A stretch of 64,000 nt of DNA, from contig NMRA01000074.1 in NCBI GenBank assembly GCA_002633005.1, positions 1 through 64,000 on the forward strand, in the 5' to 3' direction. Below the pieces are notes generated by a model. The model was not told the DNA's origin and ran no database searches. It saw nothing but the letters and a program-made list of their open reading frames with translations. The stretch is from Phoronis australis (Eukaryota; Animalia; Phoronida). Positions 50,701-61,807 of this stretch are shown here, in pieces. Every line of letters begins with the position of its first letter. Position 1 is the first letter of the stretch. The position numbers were made by a program, and so were the translations under genes.

Positions 50701-53700
50701 ACCATAGGACTTCACCTCAGTATATACGAAAATGGACGTCAGCCGTTGTCTGCACTCTGGGTGTGACCCCTGGGGAACTTACAAAAATGAGCTAGATTAG
50801 ATATTCGAGGTACCGTCCAAAACTGATTTAAACCGCAAAATAGTACCACACTAAAACAACGCATTACCCATGACAGACAAATTGCACTCTGGAATGGGTC
50901 CGGCAGAAACCAAAAAAGTAACAACCCCCAAAACAATGAGTTGCCTGTTGTAGAACATTTAATTAGTGAAATGTATTCATTCACATGGAATTTGATTTTT
51001 TTGATAACTCGAATGTATGAGCTAGCTCATTTTTGGGGGGTCCTTTTTGGGTTTCTGAAGGACCTTCTGCAGACTGCAATTTGTCTGTCATGGGTCATTC
51101 GGTGTTCAGTACGCTAGTATTTAAATCAGTTTTAGCTGGTACTTCGAATATATAGTACGTCTAGCTCAAAATTTCAATAGAATACGGTAGTCAGGGGGTT
51201 TTCTGGCGATCCAACCCGGAGTGTATTTTGTCTGTAATGGGGCGTTTAGTGGTCAGTGACATGTATTGAATCCCATGGAATTGGTTTTTTGTGTGGCACC
51301 TCGAATGTATGAGGTAGCTCACATTTGAGGGGGCATTTTTAGTGTCTGCCGGACACATTCCAGAGGGTCATTCGGTGTTCAATTCGGTACTATTGTCCGT
51401 TTTAAATCCATTTTGGACGGTACTTCGAATCTAGCTCATTTTGACCCCTTTTTAATTAAGGTTCCCAGGGGTCACAACAAGAGTGCAGGCAACGGCGGGC
51501 ATCCATTTCCGTATGTACTGAGGTGGACTCTAAGTGCTCATGGTCAGATGTCGGTACCTCGTTCATCTACATGTAAGCTAAGAGCTCTGGGCTGCCGGTC
51601 TAAAATCACTAACTTTTGATCCAATGCGCTGCGTTTTGTAAAAACAATCTATACCAAGCGCCACAAAAGTGGAATACTTTCAGGATTGTATTGTTAGAAT
51701 TAAGAGGATGTTGATGAAAATGGGGATAAATAAATTATGACGTCTTCGACAATTGTTCTCGATTAAGTAGGCATCTTGCGGTATAAGTCCCCGAAATCCC
51801 GTTTATGGTCTGTGCACTACGAGTAATAGCCTGCATATGTAATAGTCTACATTTACATGCCGACTTTCACTGTCTTTCAGAACCACTGTGTGAAGATTGC
51901 TCTTGTACTTTTGATTCTGGGGATCGCCGTCAATCAATTTTCCGTCACGGAGGCCAGGCCTTCGGCGAAAGCAAACTCTAAACTTGAGTACCTGCGACTT
52001 TTGCGCAGAGTGCTGGACCTTAGGACCAGGGAAATGTGAGTTCATGTATTGATTTCTAAGTGTAAAAATTCAACCTGTCGTAAATCTTAACATTTGTTTT
52101 GAAACTTTCAGAGCTTCTTGTGGAGAATTAAAAAACCTCTGACATGCGCCCATCTTTTGTTCGATTTTAGTACTTCATACTAAGTTCGTGTAAAACTGAA
52201 TACACCTCAACATGTACCGTTCAATAATTGTAAACCAAACTTCACTCAAACGCTATTTTAAAAACGTGTAGGTAACTGGAAGGTGATCATGCTCACATTA
52301 ATTGCACAATTAGGATGAAACTTGTAATAAAGTAGAGTTTCGCATAAAAAGCGAACTTAAGCTTTGTCTTAGCAAACTCATTCACAGAATGCTTGAACTA
52401 TCTTGAAGGCGCCGTCACTTCAGGTTTTGTCGAGCCCGATCCCTCAACGGGACACACTTACCATGTGTTTCAGATGTCCAACTTGGCTGTCCACTGTTAA
52501 ATTCTAATTTCACGCTTCGCAGACTTGACAAAGTTGTTTTGGCTTCGTCTAAAGAAAATGCGTTCCAGCAACTTCGAATGAAAAAATCAACCAACTATGA
52601 GAGGAGCGGCACCACAACAATTTGAAGACTGAAAGTCACGGAACCAGCACAAGGCGTTTTGCTCGAAAACTGCTTTCTGGAGAAACTTGGCACTCCGAAT
52701 GTTTACTTTGAGTAATCAGTGAGTTTGGCACAACATCATGATCCACACAGAAATTGCGTAACTCAAAGAAGGTTTTTTGGCCTCAAGACAAACTTGACTA
52801 TGACGCCACGTAATAATGGAAGGTTACAAGTCACTATTCCTAAGGTTCACTACTGTGAATATCCACCGATAAGACGGAACTGACGTGGTTAAAGTATTGT
52901 ATTTTTGTCTGTTTAGTGAAGACGTCTGCTTGTACAAGCAGTTTGCGTGGATTCCGCCGTGCGGGTGGTTCCGTTGCGATGGGTGAGGTTGAGTCGCAAC
53001 ACGGCAGATGAAATTTTCTGTGGCGCTGTGAAATTGTGAGAATGGGACATGGGTTTTGGTGACTGTATCGTGGTTGATAATTCGTTAATATTGCTACTTC
53101 ATATATTATTTTAAAAATGCAGGTACGAGCTCATTTTACCGTATCCATTCGCATACCCGCGCATCAAACCCAAACGAAGTATATTTGTACCTCAGCGTTG
53201 TTTTCGGAAGGTACATGTACACCATAGCGTTTGATAACTGGAATCTCGCATGAGTCCAAAATTTTATACATTTTTGGAGTTAGTGAACTCTAGGAGTATT
53301 GAACCTCCGAATCGAGTACTGGGCTCTTCCCTACGGAAATGTGATTATCTCTTGCACTGGGTAGCCACATACTCGCAAAATTATTCGCCCGTAATTTTGA
53401 CTGCGGTATAAAGAATTTTCCAGTTCGTTTACTTTCTTTACTTGAATTCGTTCTTGTGTGACAGCGTTTCTACATATTGGCTACTCTTGATTGAGTTCGC
53501 TAGGTTCTGCCGGGTCAACCGGCCATCAGATGACGGCTTTCAGATGAGGTGCTCTAGTCTCCACCACAACTAGTGTGATGCCCGCTCCACCGATTCACTA
53601 TGTCGTCTCACAACATTACAATGCTCCTTGCTCGTCATCGAACTGCTTCCACGCTGTCTTGTCAGTGGAGCTTGGCCATTTGATTGTATGCTTGACTCCT

Positions 53701-56673
53701 GTTGCTGTTTGTTTGTCAGGCGGTGACTCTTCAGTAGTACAGCTGCTCGGTCAGTGTTTGCATCTTGGGGGTCCGCAGCGGAAAGGTCTCTATCACTATG
53801 GGTTTCTATACCTCCAATGTCTTACCAGATTCTTCATCTACGCATTGCTGCCTCGCTTTCTGAGTCCTGCACTTACTCCACTCTTGACTGATGGATTTTT
53901 AAGCCTCTGACATTCTGGCAGATTTTCCCACACGATTCAGACCTGACTTCGACAATCTGCTCGCTGAGTGTCGTTTGAACGCTGCTCTTCGTTTGCATCG
54001 TCTTGAGGATCAGTAGTTTGATGAGGACAATGGCGGATTCAGGGGGCAAGGAGGCGGTAGCTCTCCCTAAGATTCTCCCACATTCCTTTTGGCTGTTCGA
54101 GGGTGAGAATGTCTGACGGGAAAAATCCTGGTTAATACTGCCTGCCCTGCCTCCCCCCAACTCAAAATCTTGGATCCGCCCCTGGTTCGTGTCTTTTCTC
54201 AAAGATTGTCTTAGGTAACTGCCAACACTCTTCATTGGCCTCCTTGTAGCCTGTTCACCAATCTGTCTTGGTTGTCACTCCGTCTTTACAGGGGGTCACT
54301 TTATTGGTGCAAAATTATTTACAATTTCAGGTGTTTGGAGGAGTGTACTAAGAAATGTCAGGATGACGAGCACTGTCGGTAAGTGTCGCTTGCATTCAGC
54401 TGTGTAGCTGGTTTCAAATTAAAGTTTTAACATTTTCTTTATGTTTACTTCATGAAAATCAAAAGATTCTGTAAACGGGGTGTGGCTTCCAAAGACAGAC
54501 ATGTGTGTTACTTTATTAGCAAGTCTTTCTTTTTCAAGCTCAATAGTTACAAAAATATGAAATCTTAAAAGGGAACGCAACATTTTGTGTCACTTTTGGT
54601 TGATATTTTCTGTTTTCAAGAAACAGTTTTCTAAAAATTAAGTATATTCCCAGGGGTTCTAACTAAGCATACATGCGTCACTCCAGAGGTGACGTTCGCG
54701 GTCCAGATCTGTAGTCAGCTTCGAATTTGCTTGACCTTCATTGAAGACATTTGTTGATTGACTGATATTTTCTCAACTTTGACCTCATAATTTGCCTTCG
54801 ATGAGTATTGTCAAACAACGGTAAATTCAATTAGAACTCAGTTGACTGGGATTTGGCCACTGCTCTAGATTGGACACGTACGGAATAGCTGGAGTTAGCG
54901 AGCACTGGAAGTCGGTGAAACGGGACCCTATGCTCTTCCAGAGCTTTTAAAGCATACTGAATACGGTTGAGAGACGTGCACAAATTTCGCATCCGATGTC
55001 ACAGTCCGAAGTGTATGAGAACAAAGCTGACGGACAATGATTCGGGTCGCGAACTTTATTCACTTGAAAATTTACCTAGGTTAACCAAAATGTCGCAATG
55101 CAGTAACTAAAAGGATTGCCTTCACCCTTAATGTAGAGTACACCAAATAACATGCAGCTATTGCACAGGAATATGCTGTGATGCGGAGAAAATTTAGTGA
55201 TAAAAAGTTCTTCACGAGTTTCGGTGTTTTCTGTAATTCTTTCGTCGCACAGTCTGCATTTTTCATCATTCAGGACGTCACTAAGACAAGCGAATGTTAA
55301 AAAGCTATCACAGTTTTGACGGAGTTCGCCAAGTCCAAAGCTGGTGTTGGTAAAAGCCAGCTGTCCTCATGAAATGGGACTATGAGACAAATTTGTGAAA
55401 GATAGTTTCGTGATTTCAATGTTTATCCCCTAAAAAGGAATGAAATGCACATTTAACATTTCAAACTGAATTCATCTTTCTGAAACAGTGAATCCCTGTT
55501 TTATTCTGGGACTCTCTTATTTCGATGGCCTTTTAATCTTTTTTTTGCAAAACCGTCTTCTTTCTAGTGTTAAATGAATTCATAAGACGTGTTTACCATA
55601 GAGTCAAGTGCAGCATGCTGTTCGTAAACGCGTGTGAATTGTGTTAGTGTTATCAGCTGCTTGTAATTTACTTTTTGAGTACATAAGTTGATTCTAAAGG
55701 AACTATATATATATATTGTGTAACTCGTGACCAGCTGACCACCCGGAGTGTGGAACGACTGGCAGTGACCAGGGCCCGTTCTCCAATCTTTTTACTCGAA
55801 ATGGAACTCGAAATTAGGTTTGGCATTTTCTACTCTACTTTTGGGCGAACTCAAGATAAGTGTCTATTATTCTATGTTTGAGTACACAATAACTTACGTA
55901 GATAATTTATTGCCCTTAGTTCAAAGTTTGTAAACACAATATTAAAGCAATAAGTTCGAGTTTAAACTCGAAATTTCGAGTTTTTACTCGAGTTTGTAGC
56001 ACGAATATAAGGGTCTTCAAGGGAAAACTTGAACTAGAAACTCCTATGCATAAACTACATGTATGATGTATTCGAGCACAGTCTGATAACCAATTATCTT
56101 AAGTTCGCACAAAAGGAGCAGAGAAATTGCCGAAAATAGTTTCGAGTTTGTTTCGAGTACAAAGATTAGAGACCGGGCCCTGGTGGGTGGAGAACTATGC
56201 TCAAGGTCCGCACTAATCATAATTTTGGCACGTCCCCGCTGCAATAGCTGGGCACGAACGTACACGTACATGCGTTTCATTCGATGACACTTCTTTTGGC
56301 GTTTGAGCGGACTGTTTAACCACGTATTGCGCCATAATATCTCTATCTCAATATTTTAATTAAGATAATTATTTTGTACAGAACTGCATTTTGACAGAGG
56401 CTTGTATGTTGATTCATCAGAAGACACCTTTCCTCAGTCTTGAGTGCGACCAATCCCTTCAGCAAGCCGCGCTGCCACTAACGGTCTCCGGCGTCACCAG
56501 TGCATGAACAGTTTGCGTTCCTATAGCGGTTGTTAGGAAAGTGTGTGTGCGTGATGTACTCGCAACATCTTAATTGTTCTCTGTTTTCTTTTAGTGAGGA
56601 ATTTGATTGTGACTACAAATGCGACTTACAGTGCAGCCGCAACTCCGAACACTCGGATCCCGACTTTTGTTGA
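47757..56673 (+). CDS. unassigned secreted prepropeptide with an 11-Cys mature region (toxin-like), 116 aa, 5 coding exons
   Basis: Exons 47757-47759 (ATG|gtaagt), 51881-52035, 52917-52982, 54331-54378 and 56595-56673, all GT-AG, phases 0,2,2,2, 351 nt. Protein: MNHCVKIALVLLILGIAVNQFSVTEA-RPSAKANSKLEYLRLLRRVLDLRTR-EIEDVCLYKQFAWIPPCGWFRCDGCLEECTKKCQDDEHCREEFDCDYKCDLQCSRNSEHSDPDFC*. AATAAA at 56722 and 56743. An in-frame ATG at 51857 is an alternative start. Confidence 0.8.
48164..49134. mobile_element. non-autonomous element with near-perfect 85-bp TIRs and an internal palindrome in the left arm
   Basis: aaatatagattattacatggcgaagtcgttatccccc..gcccgaggggcgt at the left end, with its reverse complement at about 49048-49134. 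The left arm also folds back on itself (about 48195-48303). No coding capacity seen. Confidence 0.85.
49196..50611. mobile_element. possible old TTAA-flanked (Kolobok-like) non-autonomous element
   Basis: ttaa|ggttatgtccaaccttatt ... aataaggttggaaatatcctt|ttaa, imperfect termini. Confidence 0.5.
50648..51602. mobile_element. foldback-type element with diverged inverted arms of about 290 bp and internal subrepeats
   Basis: TAGACCGGCAGCCCAGAGC ... GCTCTGGGCTGCCGGTCTA. Arm similarity extends over about 50648-50940 versus 51315-51602. The internal block ctcgaatgtatgag.tagctca is repeated at about 51008 and 51300. Confidence 0.82.
53590..54290 (-). mobile_element. 5' remnant of an RLE-type (HERO-like) non-LTR retrotransposon, interrupted by the MITE at 54028-54184
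   Basis: Minus-strand SCGKICQNVRGLKIHQSR (N-terminal zinc finger) and IKWPSSTDKTAWKQFDDE, motifs I recognise from HERO-type elements. Stops and frameshifts are present. Confidence 0.55.
55770..56182. mobile_element. PIF/Harbinger-like MITE (about 410 bp) in intron 4 of the toxin-like gene
   Basis: TIR cagggcccgttctccaatctttttactcgaaa / tttcgagtacaaagattagagaccgggccctg, with many internal actcga motifs. Confidence 0.78.
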
Positions 56674-57636
56674 GAACAATTTCCAGGCGAATCTGAAGAT
56701 AATTCTTTCACACAATATTGAAATAAATAACAGGCAAACTGAAATAAATGCGATTATGAACTGAACAGAGTTGATGTGTATCATTTTTATCCTCCATGTA
56801 ATTATTAAAATGTTTTTTTAGGAACATACGTCGTTGTAGGCCCTACACATGCAGTACACGAAATTAATTGCTTCTCTCACTCTGCCACTAAAGCAATTAC
56901 TTTGACGAGTGTCAACTTTTCACTGAACTACAACAATGTTGCCGCATTCGTGGTGGTACCAACAACCCCACGCAGTTGTATAACTTGTGGTGTATTGGAT
57001 AAAGAGGCAGGATGACATGCCCCCCAGTCCATATTTGTGAATGTGTGCGATGCTCGCCAGGTGGCAGCATCTCTCAGTGTGTTTGGTGCGGGATAGTTTT
57101 CGAGTAATAAATATGGCTGATTGCTAAGAACACGTTGCTTGTCTGATACAAATCAACTTATTCAGGGATAAATTAAAGTTAAGGAAATATCAGACATATA
57201 GAAAACTGGTACATCTTTCGTCCTCCCTACTTGCATTGAAATTCATTGTGCGTTGTACACCACTATTTTGACCAGTGTTCCAAAAAACAATCAACTTAAT
57301 TTTATAGGGTTCACTTGGGCCAAAAACCTGAGGCAACTCCCACGCTAACATTTGGGGGTTTTGTTACCCCATCGCCTAAGCGAGCCTAAGACAGGCTGAC
57401 TAACCCGTCCTAATCGATTCACAAATTAATGCTCGTGGCTTAGCCGCTATGCAGAAGAAAACCTACATGTATTTACTAATTCCTCTTAAAAGTCATGAAG
57501 CCTTTGGTTTGTCGAGAACTTCGCTGGATACTCTGTGGTAAACAGTGCACGTTTTTGGCGCAGATGCTGTTAGTGTAAGATTTCCCTAACGATGGAAGTG
57601 GTCTTTTTTTGAAAATTAATGCGAAATGGTGCTTTA

Positions 57637-58368
57637 CTTTTAGCTCACCGTTTTCCAGAAAAGCAAGTGATTCGTCTATTTGTTAGGCGATCGCTTTAAT
57701 TGTTGCTTGTATTGATAGGGAGTTAAAGTTGGTAACACTCGTGCGTCCGAGGCAGTGCCGGAAACTTTGACAGTCGATCCTGAGGTAATTGTGGCCCACT
57801 TGGAAAGTCACGGCGCATAAAAAATCGTCGGTGCTGATGTGGACTAAAGGAACAGGCCTGGTGCTTAGGCTACACACTTTTTTCTGTATCTTCAAAGGTC
57901 CTCAATGGATTTTCATAAAATTTGGCATATAGACATCTGTTTGATAGATATGACGCTATCCTCTCGTTTCCGGATGGATTCGACGTAGTTTGCGCCACCT
58001 AGTGGCTATTTTTACGAGTGTGTTTTTGGCGTCCACCCCTCTATCAACCAAACCGCTCAAAGGATGATTGTGAAAATTGGCATGTGTATTTATATGATGT
58101 TGGCAACGGACAACGACCACTTTCGGACCGATGTGACTATCGGTGGGCTCAGTCCCTACTGAGTGGCAATTTTGATTTTTACGTTTGCCTCTATACATTA
58201 TCTCAACGGATTTTCATAAAATTTGGAATTCTATTGGCGAGATGACACTATCCTTCCGTTTTCGGATGGAATCTAGGTACTTTGCGCCACTTAGTGGCCA
58301 TTTTTGATGTTTTCGAGTGTTTTGGCCTCCACCCCTCTGTCAACCAAACCATTCTAAGAATGATTTAA
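57637..58368 (+). mobile_element. Helentron/HINE-like non-autonomous element with a diverged tandem unit of about 295 bp (about 1.6 copies)
   Basis: Starts at ttttagctcacc. Units begin at about 57901 and 58202 (ctcaa.ggattttcataaaatttgg..ggatgga..tttgcgccac.tagtggc..ccacccctct.tcaaccaaacc). The class is inferred from the terminus style. Confidence 0.55.
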
Positions 58369-58749
58369 GGGTTCATTAATATTCCTATTTCACATTCTTT
58401 TAATGCAAATGCGTACTCATTTTTCCAATTCGTGTTAAGATATGCGGAAATTGCGCATGCACGTTGAAAATGAGTGACCATCCTACCGGCCAACTAGATG
58501 GTGGTCACTGTATACATCAGTGAAACCCAATTAAACAAAGTATTTAGTACCTGGGCTTTGTTTTCGATATAGGTGCACCTAATAACCGAAGAATTATTTA
58601 TTTTTGCATGTAAAAGTATAAAAATTACACCTGATAGAGTCTGAAAGTTTAGATGTTTTCGGAGCTGAGTACACGGAGTAGTGAATCTTCGAAGCAGTGA
58701 AAGTTCGGAATAGACAGTGAACTGACCTTCAGGATAGTAAATCTTTGAA

Positions 58750-59020
58750 ATTTGTGTGCTGTTCCCATTTCCCGGCAGCGATATAAACAACTTCAGTAAC
58801 GTGCAAAAGTACAAGATAAAGAATTTCGTCGTCATTCTATGACTAAACTCTTTCCCAGTATGTAATGAGGTGTAATCACTCATTTGATCATGCGCGATTT
58901 GAAATTTTGGCAGAAGGTAACGAGAGAACGTCTCTTGCTGTACCACATTACATCCGAATTTGTGCCCCGTTCCTTGCGAGCAACCGTCACAGCATCCTCA
59001 TTTCTGGTTTTAAAAGTTCC
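58750..59020 (+). mobile_element. possible second Penelope-like GIY-YIG remnant
   Basis: CNHSFDHARFEILAEGNERTSL..HYIRICAPFL resembles the 'H.F....F.IL......L...E..YI....P.LN' tail, but key residues are lost. Confidence 0.3.
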
Positions 59021-60126
59021 GTCTCATCTAAGGAATGTAGAGCCCCAGGCTTAATGCTGGCTACGGGCCTGTGTATGGGGATTAAAATCAATCTATAAAA
59101 GCATCGCCTACAAGTATTTCGGACTGTAATAAGAGATCAAAAAGTACGTCATTTTTCTCTTGGAAATTGAGTAAATCTTAACGCAACTGCACAACTGTGC
59201 ATACCAGAAAGGCTTCCACACTGACCTATCCTTTCAAAAGTCACGCTACAGCCAATTCGGTCACTGCATCTGTGGTTTCAGCTACACTACATGTACAAGC
59301 TTCTGTAGTACTTGGAAGTTATATTCGTCATTTTAGACCAAAGCCTGCAAGCGCCACTTGAAGAACTTCTTCCATGTTTACTAGTCAGTCGTAAATGTAT
59401 ATTCGAAGGGAAGGCAACAAACTGATTTAATTTCGGTAACGTAATAGTCTTGACCACAACGTCTAGTACATTTCCAAGACACACTACACTTCTTTTTGAC
59501 CACGAAGAAATCATTTTACTACAACAGTTTACAGGCTTTTCTGTAGTCAAGATATCTTACAATCATAGTGATATTAGATGAAACTATGGGGAAATGATGT
59601 TTCATTTGGTTACTTTTAGCATGCAATGTCCATGTACATCTCCAGTTAGGTTATGCGAGCACTCAGCCTAGCCAAAAAATAGGAGCTCAAATTTTTCAGT
59701 ATGTGGACCTTTTACTGAAAAACCCAAGGGGACTAAGAAAACGGGGTACTACGTTCAGACCTATGAATTATGCATTCGCGCCGAATTCCTGTGGACTTCT
59801 GTCTCGTTTTCTCGGACTTTTCGTTTGTTTGAGGCGGACCTTTTTGCCCACTTCGCCAAATAGCGCACCCCCTGGATGCGCGCATGTGTACTAGGGCCTT
59901 GTTGACAAATCAGTGTATTCAACTAAATATCTAAAACTTATAGATTTTATCTCATTACAAGAATATATTTTTGAAAGTAGAAAGCCTGTATGATTTGATT
60001 TTACACTTTTTACAAATTTGTCCGCTTTTTCTGAGACACATGAATGATGTTACGAAGTTAGCCACTTTAGACCAGTTTCAAGGGTCCTATACGTAACCTG
60101 AACACAACAACAAATAACTTGTGCTT

Positions 60127-60180
60127 CTACAAATCGATGTATTCCAAAACAATCTACAAATCGATGTATTCCAAAACAAC
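60127..60180. repeat. 27-bp perfect tandem duplication
   Basis: tctacaaatcgatgtattccaaaacaa occurs twice in tandem. Confidence 0.9.
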
Positions 60181-61178
60181 AATCACATAACTATCAAAAA
60201 CAATGGGAAGCGTTGATATGCACCCACCATGATGCGCTCCCGCATTCAACTTTCACTGCATTCTTTGGGGGTATCGAAGAACACTGATAAATGGAGGTGT
60301 ACACAAGCCAAGTCACCCCAATTGTGTTGTTCAGGCAGGTCGAACAATAGAGGTTGGGATATATCAACAAAGGAACAACACTTAGAATATGCAATATTTC
60401 TCTTCTCTTTTCTAACAATTGTTGTAAACCGGCTTTACCGTTTGCTCAGTTATACTTTCAGCACAGCCAAATCTGTTCAAAAATTATCTCCAGCAAGACA
60501 CTTCCTAGCAGGAATACGTATGCAAATTTTTGTGATGATTCTTGGGGTGATTTGGCCAATACAGACTCAGACCGACGCCAGAAAACAGCCTTAAAAATAA
60601 TGAAAATGTCCACACTAGGTGGTATACAATATGACAAATCCATTCAAAAATAGAAATACTGTAGTTTCTGGAAACCTAATTGCCATGTTTCAAGGATTTA
60701 GGAAGATTCGGAGGAAAACATTAAAAGTAAAATTGTCACTAGGGCGAACAACAGTAATCGGATCCATCCAAAAGTGTTCATCTGTTGTTAAGAAATACAC
60801 CGGTTAAATTTAAAAAGATACTGATAGAGGATTAAAAGATAAAGCGCAGAGAAGAAAAAAATGTCAATAGGGGGTGCCAAACAAGTACCAGTAGTCCAAA
60901 AATCGTCACCTGCTATCTCCCTCCCAGCTGGAATTCATACGCTAATGTTCATAATGATCTTTCAAAAGGTTTATCGGGTAGAAAGACTCAATTTTATGTA
61001 AAAATGTTCACTGGGTGGTGTACAAAACGTCGAATCTAGCCAAAAATGGAAAGTTGTCATAGCCTCTTTAATACATATACACATTCGTCAAATTTCATGA
61101 AAATCCGTAAAGGAACTCCAAAGATTGAGAGGGAAGGACAAAAAATCCAGTTGCCACTGTGGAGAACAGTGCTACTAT

Positions 61179-61376
61179 GGGGAACAGTGGTAGTGGTAGT
61201 GGGGAACAGTGGTAGTGGTAGTGAGGAACAGTGCCAGTGGTAGTGGGGAACAGTGGCAGTGGTAGTGGGGAACAGTGCCAGTGGTAGTGGGGAACAGTGC
61301 CAGTGGTAGTGGGGAACAGTGCCAGTGGTAATGGGGAACAGTGCCAGAGGTAATGGGGAATAGTGCCAGTGGTAGT
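61179..61376. repeat. 22-bp minisatellite, 9 copies
   Basis: Consensus GGGGAACAGTGCCAGTGGTAGT, with units starting at 61179, 61201, 61223 and so on up to 61355. Confidence 0.95.
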
Positions 61377-61807
61377 CGGATCCATTTGTTGTCATTTTCA
61401 TAAAAAACATGACAGATTTAACAAATTTTCTGCAAGTGGTTCAGTTGCAGACAAAAAAAAAACTGCACCAGGAGGTGCAACAGTACAGGAGCTGTCTGAA
61501 AATCATCATCCGTCCACTTACCAGTATTAACATATATACGGATTTTCATAATCACCCTAAGAGTGGTTTGGCCAAAGATACACACGCAAACATTGAAAAC
61601 TATAATTGCCACTAGGGTGCATAGTGATAGTCGGATCCATTCAAACATTCGATCATGCCATACAATCCATGAAAGAAACATGTCTGCATATAACATTACG
61701 TCCTTCAAGGGGTTTTGGAGAGAGAGCAGCAGATGCCAGACAGATGGAGATGACAGTATCATCCACTTACATTAAGTATATGTGCGTGCATACATAGTAT
61801 CTGTGCC

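Noticed and set aside
61179-61376. Possible CRISPR array or His/Pro-rich ORFs
   Set aside because: Contiguous 22-bp units with no unique spacers, no cas genes, and a eukaryotic context. The ORFs are translations of the repeat.
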